From Fibrobacterales bacterium (GTDB taxonomy: Bacteria; Fibrobacterota; Fibrobacteria; Fibrobacterales; JAOPTW01), in the NCBI GenBank assembly GCA_051532055.1, contig JAOPTX010000003.1:1-64000 (forward strand): DNA of 64,000 nucleotides, given 5' to 3'. Both the position numbers and the translations under genes were made by a program. Of this stretch, positions 39,333-49,490 are shown in pieces (the first letter of the stretch is position 1; the number at the start of each line of letters is the position of its first letter). Below the pieces are notes generated by a model, which did no database searches, was not told where the DNA came from, and saw only the letters and a list, made by a program, of their open reading frames with translations.

Positions 39333-39581
39333 GTAGTACTATATCATTAATTAATGATTAGTGCACTGTATTTCAATGAGATGGTTCAATCGATTTGGTT
39401 GTTGATTATAACTAATTTTTGTAAGTCGTGTTTATTTAAAGGGTTGGGCGTCTTTCTTTTGTAGTGTCATTGTGGGGATTGCTGAAGAGTTATAAGGAGG
39501 CTGAGTTTTTTCGTGTATAATTCTATATTTTGATTCTAAAGTGACTAACAGTCAAATGTTCACTATGTCAAGGAAAGTCCA

Positions 39582-40454
39582 TTGAATACAAAAACAACTC
39601 TTTTATCATCCAGTGACTCACTACCGCTCACCTGTTCTCGTACAGGAACATGCTGTCATGGAAAAGCAGTCTGGATTAATCCTTGGGAGCTTGCTCGTCT
39701 AGCGAAGGCCAAAGAAATCTCTGCTCGGGAGTTTAGAGATCAGTATTGTGAATTTGGTGGAATACAACTTAAATTTAACGGTGAAGCAGGCTGGAAAGAG
39801 CTCAATGCATGTAGTCAATATAATAAAGATAACGGGTGTAGTGTCCATGTAGGGAGACCGTTAGCCTGTCGACTGTATCCTCTGGGACGACAACGTAAAG
39901 GTGATACAGCGCACTATATGCACGAAGGCGCTCAGTTTCCCTGTCTCGAAGGGTGCCCAGAAGTGGTAGAACTCCCTAAACTCACTGTAGGTGACTACAT
40001 TGTAGGCCAAGAAGCCGGTCTCTGTGAATCGGCTCAAGATGCATATCTTGATCTCATGCAGCAGCTTGCTGATGGTGCATTTGCATTATTAATTGATACA
40101 GGTCTTGCGGCTTCAGGGGATAGAGACACCCTTACTGCATGGCGTTCAATGGGGGAGGTTGATCCAGGAGTTCTCGAGAATGAACTCGGGCAGGAGTGGC
40201 TTGATAGATTGGTATTGCCAAGCCTAAATTGCGCTTTAGAAAATCCACTTCAGTTCTGTAATCAGCACTATGATGCACTGCAAGAAGCAGCGCAAGAAGA
40301 ATTTGGTTCAGCAGCGACGTCAGATGAGATGAAAGATGCGTCTATTATCATGATGGGCCTCGCTCTTCATTTGGGGCGGAGTCTTGGGGCGCAACCAAAA
40401 GATCTTTCAGAGCATTGGATTAAAACAGCGAAAGAGCACGGGGCTTCTGAGTAA
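39582..40454 (+). CDS. YkgJ-family cysteine-cluster (putative Zn/Fe-S) protein
   Basis: CSRTGTCC, C......GCSVH..RPLACRLYP. Confidence 0.85.
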   Translation: MNTKTTLLSSSDSLPLTCSRTGTCCHGKAVWINPWELARLAKAKEISAREFRDQYCEFGGIQLKFNGEAGWKELNACSQYNKDNGCSVHVGRPLACRLYPLGRQRKGDTAHYMHEGAQFPCLEGCPEVVELPKLTVGDYIVGQEAGLCESAQDAYLDLMQQLADGAFALLIDTGLAASGDRDTLTAWRSMGEVDPGVLENELGQEWLDRLVLPSLNCALENPLQFCNQHYDALQEAAQEEFGSAATSDEMKDASIIMMGLALHLGRSLGAQPKDLSEHWIKTAKEHGASE

Positions 40455-40693
40455 TGATAGCGAGACTCCTTTGTTTTTTTATTGGGAGTCCAGTATCTAG
40501 ACGATGAATATACTCCTCTTTGAGTAACTTGGTCTAAAATTATTCCCCCATTATTTCATTTTTGTACCCCATTCGATTTTAGTTTGAGCTCTTCTATTTT
40601 GAATATATACTCATTAGTGGGGTAGGATATTTAAAGAACTAAGGTATCAATAAATGGTACCCATTCTGGATGAATGTCCAAGTAGGGGGTAGT

Positions 40694-41155
40694 ATGAAGT
40701 TAGGGCTCGTGGGTCACAATACACAAGAAATCGCTATTTTACAACAGGTATTTACCCAGAAAGGGTTCACGGTTTCGACGGTAAAAGCTGTGTCAGAGAG
40801 TTATCTTGATTTGGTCAAAATAGAGCCAGAAGTTTTACTTATGGAGGTTCCTGTCAATTATGCGGAAGAGTTAAGCCTTTTAAAGCGCATGCAGAATAAC
40901 AAGAAATTTCATCATTGCCACATTTTTACTTTTGGTACTGAGCGCCCACAAATGGTTTCGAGTCGATTGAGCCCTTATGGTGTTGTTGCCCATATTCAGC
41001 GTCCACTAAAAATTCACCAGGTTTTTGAAACCATGCTGGACCATATTGGTGAGGTTGCCGATAAATACCTCAAAGAGGATATTCCCTTAACAAACCCAAT
41101 TCAAGTCGAAGATGCTACTACGGGTTTATCTAATGAATCTTTGTCAGGAGTGTGA
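40694..41155 (+). CDS. Atypical (pseudo-)receiver domain protein
   Basis: REC-like pattern PEVLLMEVP...IQRPL but lacks the conserved acidic pocket, Asp and Lys. Confidence 0.6.
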   Translation: MKLGLVGHNTQEIAILQQVFTQKGFTVSTVKAVSESYLDLVKIEPEVLLMEVPVNYAEELSLLKRMQNNKKFHHCHIFTFGTERPQMVSSRLSPYGVVAHIQRPLKIHQVFETMLDHIGEVADKYLKEDIPLTNPIQVEDATTGLSNESLSGV

Positions 41156-41282
41156 TAAGGGTTTTGGTGACACTAGGTTAGAATTATTCAATTTAAATGA
41201 GGGTCAACAGAGTTTTACATAAAGAACGGCTCTTGTTTACTACCTTTGCCAGTTCACACCTATTTCCTGAAAAAGGATCGCC

Positions 41283-41945
41283 ATGACCAACAATGATATT
41301 ATTCGCCGCGTTCGCTACATATTTGATTTTAGTGATGATAAGATGATGAAAATATTCAATCTTGCCGAAGCTCCAGCTACTCGAGAGCAGATCAGTAGTT
41401 GGTTAAAAAAAGAGGAAGATGAGGGTTTTGCATCTTTGCATGACAAACAACTCGCTCTTTTTCTGAATGGTTTAATTATTATGAGAAGAGGGAAAAAGGA
41501 AGGAGCTACTCCGAAGCCCGAAAAGAGACTCAATAATAATGGTGTACTGAGAAAACTGAAAATTGCACTGGACCTTAAGGCAGAAGACATCATAGAGCTC
41601 TTGGATCAGGTTGGTTTTAAATTTAGTAAATCTGAGCTCAGTGCCTTCTTCAGGAAGCCGGATCATAAACACTATAAGGAGTGTAAAGATCAGGTGTTAC
41701 GTAATTTGCTTCTTGGGATTCAGGGCAAGTTTCGTGGGCTTCCTGATTCAGAAGATGTAAATCCGGTGGATGAAAGTACGGCTAAAATAATTGAAGAAAA
41801 AAGTGACCAACTTATAGATACCCCTGTAGAAATACTTGTTGATGACTCTTCTCAGAAAACAGAAGAAGCTATAGAGGTAGTGGTAGAAAAGGCGCGTCCT
41901 AAAAAAGTTTCTAACAGCGGTTTCGTTCGTAAAGGCAAGTCTTAA
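41283..41945 (+). CDS. DUF1456 (YehS-like) protein
   Basis: MTNNDIIRRVRY, NN.VLRKLKIAL, ELSAFFRK..HKHY.EC.DQ.LRN. Confidence 0.88.
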   Translation: MTNNDIIRRVRYIFDFSDDKMMKIFNLAEAPATREQISSWLKKEEDEGFASLHDKQLALFLNGLIIMRRGKKEGATPKPEKRLNNNGVLRKLKIALDLKAEDIIELLDQVGFKFSKSELSAFFRKPDHKHYKECKDQVLRNLLLGIQGKFRGLPDSEDVNPVDESTAKIIEEKSDQLIDTPVEILVDDSSQKTEEAIEVVVEKARPKKVSNSGFVRKGKS

Positions 41946-41976
41946 CAGTGACTTATGGGGATACCCTAGATTGTAA

Positions 41977-42603
41977 ATGATGATCGACACAATTAAAGCA
42001 TTTGATAGTCATGCAGATGAGTATTGTACTCATTTGGGTGATATAGGCCTCTACAAGTCACATATTGATAACTTTATAAAGACTCTCATATCTGATGCCC
42101 TGGTTGTAGATTTAGCATGTGGGCCTTGTCGTATAGCACGATACATGTATGAAATACGTAAAGACATTCGATTTCACTGTATTGATATCTCACCTAAAAT
42201 GATAGAGATTGCACAGCTAACGATGTTAAACGATTGTGCTACTTTTGAATTATCAGATATTAAAGAAGTAAGACTAACTTCGCAGTATGATGGGGTGATG
42301 TGTTCGTTTGGGTTTCCATTTTTAAATCTTTCAGAGATTGATCAATTACTGGCTCATTTAGCTGTTGCTGTCCATGTCGGTGGGTCGGTGTATATTTCAA
42401 CCATGCAGGGAGATTCTGAAGGGTACGAGTCTACAAGCTTTAGTGGTGATGCTCAAGTCTATTTTATTTACCATCAAAAGAGTGAGCTCGATGTACTCTT
42501 TAAAAAATATGGTTTCTCAATAGAGTATTATCGAGAACAGGTATTTCCTCAAGACCATGCAGATGATTTAACTGATATGATCTATATATTAAAGAAAGAT
42601 TGA
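41977..42603 (+). CDS. Class I SAM-dependent methyltransferase
   Basis: VVDLACGP, IDISPKMI, YDGV. Confidence 0.85.
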   Translation: MMIDTIKAFDSHADEYCTHLGDIGLYKSHIDNFIKTLISDALVVDLACGPCRIARYMYEIRKDIRFHCIDISPKMIEIAQLTMLNDCATFELSDIKEVRLTSQYDGVMCSFGFPFLNLSEIDQLLAHLAVAVHVGGSVYISTMQGDSEGYESTSFSGDAQVYFIYHQKSELDVLFKKYGFSIEYYREQVFPQDHADDLTDMIYILKKD

Positions 42604-42717
42604 TCTTCTCTGCTTTTAACAGAGAGCCTACGTGCCGTTTTTTTAGAGGTGCTTATGGGTTAATTTCCTAGCTTTGATATCTACTAAAATATTTCGGTTT
42701 AATTATCTTGGAAAGCC

Positions 42718-44202
42718 ATGGTCAGTGAAGAGAGTGATCAACCACACTTAAAAATAATATTAACAGCCCTACTTATGACCCTTCTGTTGGCGTCACTTGA
42801 TAATACTATTGTCGCGACAGCTCTTGGCGCTATAGTGGCAGATTTGGGTGAGATCGAAAAATTCACTTGGGTCACTTCTTTTTACATGATTGCCGGAATG
42901 CCCAGCATGCTCATATTTGGGAAGCTTTCAGACATGTATGGCAGAAAGCGCTTCTTTCTTACGGGGCTCGGAGTGTTTCTTGTCAGTTCAGTTCTGTGTG
43001 GTACTGCAGATTCAATGGTAGAGCTGAGTCTGTATCGTGCCTTGCAAGGGGTTGGTGGCGGAGCGCTGCTTCCTATATCATTCACTATTATTTTTGACTG
43101 TTACCCCCCAGAAAAGCGGGGTAAAATCATGGCTCTTTTTGGGGTGGTATTTGGGATTTCGAGCCTGATTGGTCCCATTATTGGCGCTTATTTACCACAG
43201 CATGTGGGCTGGGAGTGGATCTTCTATATCAATCTCCCTATCGGGATAATTGGTGGTGGCTTACTCATAGTGTTTTATAATGAGAGCCATGAGCATCAAA
43301 AGCAAAAAATCGATTGGCTTGGTGTCTTATTCGTTGTCCTCACCATAAGTTCCGTCATGACCCTTTTGCTTTTTGGAGGGAGCGTGTTTGCATGGTTTTC
43401 TTTAGAATCGTATGTATTAACAGGGGCCTTTTTTGTGTTTGCCACCCTCCTTTGGCTAATCGAGAACAGAGCAGACTCTCCAGTAATACCGATTCACCTT
43501 TTCTCAAGTCACCTTTTTACCGGATCTCAATTGGCGAGTTTCTTCTACGGTATGCTTTTTATTGCATTGCTTATTTATACACCGCTTTTCTTACAGGGAG
43601 CGCTCCTTCTGCCTCTCTCTTCAGCTGGTATGGTGCTCATGCCAATGATGCTTGGAGTGGTAGTGGGTGCTCAAATTGCTGGTCAGATCCTGAATCATTA
43701 TTCTTTCAGAAATATTCTGCTTTGCTCAATTGGACTGGTATTGGGGACCCTTCTCATAACTCCTTGGGCTCTCGAGTCTCATTCCCACTCATTAATTATG
43801 GCTTTTATGGCTTTTTTTGGGGCCGCTGTGGGGGCTAATTTTTCGACCCTCAATATTAGTGCCACTCATGGGGTTGCTTATTCAAGTCGGGGGAGTGCCA
43901 ACTCATCGGTTATCTTTTTTAGACAAATGGGTATGGCTATTGGGGTGACCATTTATGGTCTTATTTTTAATGAAGTACTCTTTGAGGGGCTGGCAGTTAT
44001 TGATTCACTCTCTATTGCTCAGGATCAAGTGCATACATTACTGACCGAAACGATTCGTGCCGAGCTGTCAAGTGAGGTGTTACAACAAATGAGTAGTGCC
44101 TTTAATGAGGCGATACTATTGATTTTTAAAGTCCTGTTTGTCCCTGCTATCGGTGCACTGGCTGCAATTATTTACATGGGCAATGCACGAAATTTAGACT
44201 AA
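42718..44202 (+). CDS. MFS DHA2-type drug exporter
   Basis: LDNTIV, GKLSDMYGRK, RALQGVGGG, WEWIFYINLP. Confidence 0.93.
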   Translation: MVSEESDQPHLKIILTALLMTLLLASLDNTIVATALGAIVADLGEIEKFTWVTSFYMIAGMPSMLIFGKLSDMYGRKRFFLTGLGVFLVSSVLCGTADSMVELSLYRALQGVGGGALLPISFTIIFDCYPPEKRGKIMALFGVVFGISSLIGPIIGAYLPQHVGWEWIFYINLPIGIIGGGLLIVFYNESHEHQKQKIDWLGVLFVVLTISSVMTLLLFGGSVFAWFSLESYVLTGAFFVFATLLWLIENRADSPVIPIHLFSSHLFTGSQLASFFYGMLFIALLIYTPLFLQGALLLPLSSAGMVLMPMMLGVVVGAQIAGQILNHYSFRNILLCSIGLVLGTLLITPWALESHSHSLIMAFMAFFGAAVGANFSTLNISATHGVAYSSRGSANSSVIFFRQMGMAIGVTIYGLIFNEVLFEGLAVIDSLSIAQDQVHTLLTETIRAELSSEVLQQMSSAFNEAILLIFKVLFVPAIGALAAIIYMGNARNLD

Positions 44203-44327
44203 TAGTTAGATCGAAATAAGCTTCAATCTTCAAATAACCAAATATTAATTGTTAAAGTTCAGACACATACCTGATATCTGAGGGCTGAATAACATTTATT
44301 GGGGCATAAAAAGCTACATTTGGCGCC

Positions 44328-45890
44328 ATGGATAAAAAACTCTTTTCTACACTCGCCCTTTCTAAGCCAATGCTTCATAATTTAGAAGAACTTGGTTTTC
44401 ACTCAATGACTCCGGTACAAGGTGAAACCTTGCCCCATATTCTCGATCATAAAGATGTGATTGCACAGGCAAAAACGGGGAGCGGTAAAACTGCTGCCTT
44501 TGGAATTGGGCTTTTGACTAATCTCGATGTTAAGAAGTATCGTGTACAAGCGTTAGTGCTTTGTCCAACTCGTGAGCTTGCCGATCAGGTATCAAAAGAG
44601 CTTCGTAGAATTGCTCGAGCCACCCATAATGTTAAAGTACTCACCCTTTGTGGTGGTGAACCATTTGGGCCACAGTATGGTTCACTTATTCATGGTGCAC
44701 ATATTGTTGTCGGTACGCCAGGAAGAGTGTTAAAGCACCTTCAAAAGCACAATCTTTCTTTAGAACACCTCAATACTCTTGTACTTGATGAAGCTGACCG
44801 TATGCTTGATATGGGTTTTATAGATGAGATATCTGATGTGATCAGTTTTGCCCCAAAGAAACGTCAAACGTTACTTTTCTCGGCGACTTTTCCTGAGCGC
44901 ATAAATGAACTTAGTTCATCAGTGCAACAAAATGCCATTTCCGTAAAAACTATATCAACAGAAGCGACCAACGCTATTGCTGAACACTTTTATGAAGTTG
45001 ATAGTAAAGAAAAATTTGAAACTCTCCTTGAGGTGCTCAATACGTATAGACCAGAGAATGTCATCGTTTTTTGTAGTAGAAAGGCCCAAGCACAAGAGGT
45101 GGCCGATGAACTACGGGCGCGTTCGATCACTGCTTCAGCCATTCACGGTGATTTAGAACAATACGAACGAACAGATATGTTGGTTCAATTCTCTAATAAA
45201 AGTAGTGCAGTGCTGGTAGCAACTGACGTTGCAGCTCGTGGGCTTGATATTAAAGAGCTGAGCATGGTGATTAACTATGATATTGCGCAAGATGCAGAGA
45301 CGTACACTCACCGCATTGGCCGTACTGGTCGTGCAGGGAAAGAGGGGATAGCCTGTACTCTGATGACTTCACGTCAACGGGAAAAAATGGATTACCTATG
45401 TAGTCGCAAAGTAAGTTATCGCGATAGCCTTGATAAAGCGGGAGTGTTTTCCTTAGAAGCTCCAAACCAGACTCTCGTTATTGAAGGGGGCAAAAAAGAT
45501 AAAATGCGCCCTGCAGATATATTAGGTGCCCTTACCGGTGAGGGGGGATTTGTATTTGAGCAGATAGGGAAAATTGTTATCAATGACCGTCAGACATATG
45601 TTGCCTTAGCAAATGATGTTGTAGATGCGGCCCTTGCCTTTTTGCAAGATGGACGAATCAAAGGACGGAGTTTTCCTGTTTGGAAGTTGGGGCATAAACC
45701 AAAATCTCTTGTTGATGATGGGTTTAAACGTGAGAAGCGCATAAGTAAAAAAGAACGTTATGCGCCTAAAGACCGAGACTCATATGGGGAAAAACCTCGA
45801 AGAGAGCGCCAACCGCGCGCATCTGATCAGAGTGATAGAAGAGAACGGAGTGCTGGGCCTGTATTTACTCGTGGCCCAAAAAGAGGCTAA
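44328..45890 (+). CDS. dbpA: DEAD-box RNA helicase DbpA
   Basis: [29 protein letters not shown] and C-terminal GGKKDKMRPADILGAL RNA-binding domain. Confidence 0.92.
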   Translation: MDKKLFSTLALSKPMLHNLEELGFHSMTPVQGETLPHILDHKDVIAQAKTGSGKTAAFGIGLLTNLDVKKYRVQALVLCPTRELADQVSKELRRIARATHNVKVLTLCGGEPFGPQYGSLIHGAHIVVGTPGRVLKHLQKHNLSLEHLNTLVLDEADRMLDMGFIDEISDVISFAPKKRQTLLFSATFPERINELSSSVQQNAISVKTISTEATNAIAEHFYEVDSKEKFETLLEVLNTYRPENVIVFCSRKAQAQEVADELRARSITASAIHGDLEQYERTDMLVQFSNKSSAVLVATDVAARGLDIKELSMVINYDIAQDAETYTHRIGRTGRAGKEGIACTLMTSRQREKMDYLCSRKVSYRDSLDKAGVFSLEAPNQTLVIEGGKKDKMRPADILGALTGEGGFVFEQIGKIVINDRQTYVALANDVVDAALAFLQDGRIKGRSFPVWKLGHKPKSLVDDGFKREKRISKKERYAPKDRDSYGEKPRRERQPRASDQSDRRERSAGPVFTRGPKRG

Positions 45891-45892
45891 GA

Positions 45893-46630
45893 TTATTTTT
45901 TATCAGTCACTTCTCTATTATAGATAACGGGCATTTGCCCTTTCCAAGTATTCCAAAGTTCGCTATCGGTGATCAGTGATTTCATAAAATGAGCCACATT
46001 AATTCGACTTGTTTTACCGGCATTAAATATTGGACTTCTTGTGGGCATCGTATGGATATCGAGTTCAGTAACCGTGTTGTTGTCAATAAGTGCATCAGGT
46101 CGAACGGCTACCCATTCAATGGCAGTGTTATTTTGACCAATAGTAGTCCTGAGATAATTTCCTGCCTGCTCGTTATCCGGGTGTGGTGGTACAAGTAATC
46201 GCACAAGACTGAGTACCACTAATTCTGAACATTTCCGATTTTCTTTAAGGTCCCGATTTTGACATCCAGTTGAATTCATGAGTACTACCTTGACAGGCTT
46301 CTCTGCTTTTTGAATCTCAACAGCTACGCAGAGCCTAGTGAGGGAATCTCTTACAAGGCGATGAGGCTTTCCAAATACACCTTTAAAACTCATGTTGTGG
46401 CCCAGACATGAGGCAATAGCATCGACGCCGTTAACAAGTTTCTGAATAGTCATATCCTCGAACTCTAACACCGTGCCAATAACGGTGGTTAATAGGGGAT
46501 GGTTTCTAACACTTTCAGGAAGACTTTGGGCCGAACGCACTACAATAGTAACAGAATGTTCCTCATTGAGAAGTTGTTCGGTGAGAAGTTTACCTGTTGC
46601 TCCTGTTGCGCCTACGATGAGTATTTTCAT
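45893..46630 (-). CDS. NAD(P)H-binding atypical SDR (flavin reductase-like)
   Basis: GATGATG, WVAVRP, SRINVAHFM. Confidence 0.85.
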   Translation of the reverse strand: MKILIVGATGATGKLLTEQLLNEEHSVTIVVRSAQSLPESVRNHPLLTTVIGTVLEFEDMTIQKLVNGVDAIASCLGHNMSFKGVFGKPHRLVRDSLTRLCVAVEIQKAEKPVKVVLMNSTGCQNRDLKENRKCSELVVLSLVRLLVPPHPDNEQAGNYLRTTIGQNNTAIEWVAVRPDALIDNNTVTELDIHTMPTRSPIFNAGKTSRINVAHFMKSLITDSELWNTWKGQMPVIYNREVTDKK

Positions 46631-46706
46631 TTTTTAACCTAATTATGGATGTACTATGAATATAACACGGGAGTGTCAGATAAGTGTTACTGCGATGCGA
46701 ATAAAT

Positions 46707-46737
46707 AAAAAAGACCCTCATTGCAAAGTGAGGGCCT
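46707..46737 (-). terminator. Intrinsic terminator
   Basis: Minus strand AGGCCCTCAC...TGAGGGTC plus T run, just after the stop at 46764. Confidence 0.65.
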
Positions 46738-46763
46738 GATAGAGATACTGTTGATAATGAACT

Positions 46764-48290
46764 CTATTCTGTTCGATCTACATTAAAAACGCTATTATAG
46801 CTATAGAGCCCCCATTCCACTGCAGTAAATCCAGTGCGTTCAAAGGGGTGAATGAGTGGCTTATCTATCTCTCTATAAGTATCTACGAGCTCTACATAGA
46901 GAAAGACTCTGAGGAGTGCGTCAGGGGTAGGTGAAATATTGAGGGTATTATATGCATTAAGGTCTTCCATATAAAGGGCAAAATACGGGGTATTACTTTG
47001 TTTATCAAAGTATGGAGTCCAGAAACTCATAAAATCTTGTATTTCAGTTTTGTTGAGGTGAAGGCTTTCTAAAATGTGAGGTATTTTCGTTGGATATTCA
47101 TTAAAGCTTACGAGCCAACCTTCCAAACGGTCAGGACGTTTATCAGTGGCAAAGTCATAAAAGAGGAAATCAAAGGTATCGTCCAGGCGGCCTTGTGGTG
47201 TAGCCCTGACTTTCCAGCCAGTGTTATAGGTTGGAATAGATTTAAGAATGGATGCATTACGATTAAATGTCATAGATACTTCAATGTCTTGGGTTGTTTC
47301 AGGGTAGAGATAAATATAGGGCGCATCTGCCATTGGCATATCTTCATTAAACCGGATATCTTTATACTCATTTGCATTTGGAAAAATAGTTGCATTTAAG
47401 TAGAAAGGCTTCATCCAAAAATCAGGATATGTTTCTCCAAGTATTTTTAGTGAGTCGAGTGCATCTATCGAATTGAACTGATACCGACCAAGTGTGTCCG
47501 ATTGAATAGTGTCTTTGGCACCGTTATCAAATGATGCTTCTAGATAGAGTTCTTTGCCGTAACAGTATCGGCTGCTCCAGTTAGCTTGTGCAATGGTGAC
47601 TCCTGCGTAGTGCGAGCCATTATCATTATCAGTATATTTTCCTTCCCAGCGATCAAGATCAATAGTAATAGCTTCATATTCATTCATATAATAGATAGTG
47701 GTAAAGTATCCTGGGGATGATGCAATTATGGTTAAGGTTAAGGGCATGGGGTCAAGGTTCTCTTCAGGAGGTGCAATAGGGGCTGTAGCTGGATATAGCT
47801 CTGGCTGTTCGCTCGGTTTGACTGTTGCGGTTTTCTTTAGAAGAGATTCAGTTTTACCTAGGTACCATTCGCCTTCACTTTGCATGGTGTATGTACCATA
47901 AGAACCACCCCTTTCGGTAAATACCTCAATCGTGATGGGGATTTTCTCGTCAGTCGCGACACTTTCGCTCGAATATGTAGCAGAGCTTTCTTCTGAAGAC
48001 TCTTCGGAGCTAAAATACTCGGTTGAGCTGTCAATTTCTGAAGAAAGGTTCTCAGAACTGAGATACCCTGTAGAACTTTCTTCAGAAGATTCTTGTGGAG
48101 ATTCTGTAGATGATGATTCTTGAAGGTCGCTTGCCCAGCTAGACTCGTCCTCAGAACTGTAATTTGAAATATCCGAAGATGCTTCAATGCTGGAAGATGA
48201 GTCTTGATGAGAGTGCTCCTCATTGCTTGTAGTGATACATTGAGTAAGTATAATGGGAATGCCAATGAGTAAAAAATAGAGCTGTTTCAT
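46764..48290 (-). CDS. Putative lipoprotein with Ser/Glu linker and IYLYP...RTGFTAVEWG domain
   Basis: Signal ending LTQC; paralog of 1170-2537. Confidence 0.78.
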   Translation of the reverse strand: MKQLYFLLIGIPIILTQCITTSNEEHSHQDSSSSIEASSDISNYSSEDESSWASDLQESSSTESPQESSEESSTGYLSSENLSSEIDSSTEYFSSEESSEESSATYSSESVATDEKIPITIEVFTERGGSYGTYTMQSEGEWYLGKTESLLKKTATVKPSEQPELYPATAPIAPPEENLDPMPLTLTIIASSPGYFTTIYYMNEYEAITIDLDRWEGKYTDNDNGSHYAGVTIAQANWSSRYCYGKELYLEASFDNGAKDTIQSDTLGRYQFNSIDALDSLKILGETYPDFWMKPFYLNATIFPNANEYKDIRFNEDMPMADAPYIYLYPETTQDIEVSMTFNRNASILKSIPTYNTGWKVRATPQGRLDDTFDFLFYDFATDKRPDRLEGWLVSFNEYPTKIPHILESLHLNKTEIQDFMSFWTPYFDKQSNTPYFALYMEDLNAYNTLNISPTPDALLRVFLYVELVDTYREIDKPLIHPFERTGFTAVEWGLYSYNSVFNVDRTE

Positions 48291-48500
48291 TGCTGCCTCT
48301 TTTAATTGCGCTCCCTATAAGATAGAGAACTTGATCAATTCAATTGGGTATTCATAATACTGGCCAATTTAAGTGCTCCTATTTTGTGAGCGCTTAGGAA
48401 TGTCATGATTTGGTAAAAGAATAAATAATCCTTTTTAAAGGTTACTGAGTCTTTACTATAAGCGTTCAAATGGTATGAAAATTAAGTTTGAGGTTGTAAA

Positions 48501-49226
48501 GTGAAAGGTATAATAGTGATGGTCGTGGCAATAGTAACTATTGGAGTTTTAAGTGGATGTGCAGTAAGTGGTCACAATAATTACACAAATTATGTTGGTA
48601 CTATTCATGGTCAATATACTCCTAATAAAACAGGGAATGTTGATGTCTATTTTTCGGGAGTTTCGTGTGAACGTGTGTTTATCCAATTAGGATTTGTAGA
48701 AGCAGTTGGTGCGAGAAGTGCAGATTATAATGATGTCTTACAGCATTTGAAGCATGAGGCATGGATTAAAGGTGCAGATGCCATCATAAATGTTTCAAAT
48801 AGTCGTGTAGGTAGGGAATATGCGCATCTTTTTCAGGAGAAAGATGATATCGAACATTTTGATGCTCTTACACTCCATGGTGTGGCGGTTCGGTATGTCA
48901 AAGAATTATCATCAAGTAGTGTATCGGCTAGAGAAGGGTTGTTTAGTAGTCAGAAAGGCTTAAATCTCACTCTACCATCCGTTGATAAGAATCTAGATAG
49001 TATTATTTATACGAGTAGTTCAGAAAGCTCATCAGATGAAGCTCATGGCTTTCATGCAAAAGATGTATCAACGTATAGTGAGAAACGAGATTCGGAAATG
49101 TTTGAGGTTGTTGCTCGTGATAAAAGAGGGGAAGAGGCAAATGCAAAGGGAAACATATTTTGGCTAGTAATTGGAGGGTTTGCAACGGTAGCTTATTTAA
49201 TAGTTGCGAGCCAGAGTAAAAAGTAG
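48501..49226 (+). CDS. Hypothetical lipoprotein with YbjQ-like segment and C-terminal TM helix
   Basis: Lipobox LSGC; LK.EA...GADAII...G.AVRY. Confidence 0.65.
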   Translation: MKGIIVMVVAIVTIGVLSGCAVSGHNNYTNYVGTIHGQYTPNKTGNVDVYFSGVSCERVFIQLGFVEAVGARSADYNDVLQHLKHEAWIKGADAIINVSNSRVGREYAHLFQEKDDIEHFDALTLHGVAVRYVKELSSSSVSAREGLFSSQKGLNLTLPSVDKNLDSIIYTSSSESSSDEAHGFHAKDVSTYSEKRDSEMFEVVARDKRGEEANAKGNIFWLVIGGFATVAYLIVASQSKK

Positions 49227-49230
49227 ACAC

Positions 49231-49258
49231 AAAAAAAGCAGCTCAAAAAGAGCTGCTC
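49231..49258 (-). terminator. Intrinsic terminator
   Basis: AGCAGCTC-loop-GAGCTGCT with a T run on the minus strand after the csp gene. Confidence 0.8.
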
Positions 49259-49283
49259 TAAATCTAGCGGTCTAAAAAGCTTA

Positions 49284-49490
49284 TTAAGCTTCTAGTACGT
49301 TAGTTGCACATGGCCCTTTTTGACCTTGTCCAACTTCGTATTCAACTGCTTGTCCGTCATTGAGAGACACGTGTCCACTCTGACCTTTAACTTCTGAGAA
49401 GTGAACAAATAGATCGTTTCCACCATCATCTGGAGCGATGAATCCGAAACCTTTTTCTGAATTGAACCACTTAACTGTACCTTTACTCAT
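49284..49490 (-). CDS. Cold-shock protein (CspA family)
   Basis: [15 protein letters not shown] (RNP1), LFVHFS (RNP2). Confidence 0.97.
   Translation of the reverse strand: MSKGTVKWFNSEKGFGFIAPDDGGNDLFVHFSEVKGQSGHVSLNDGQAVEYEVGQGQKGPCATNVLEA

Noticed and set aside
39571..39580. AGGAAAGTCC resembling the RNase P RNA signature
   Set aside because: Serves as the RBS of the YkgJ-like gene; no other RNase P elements
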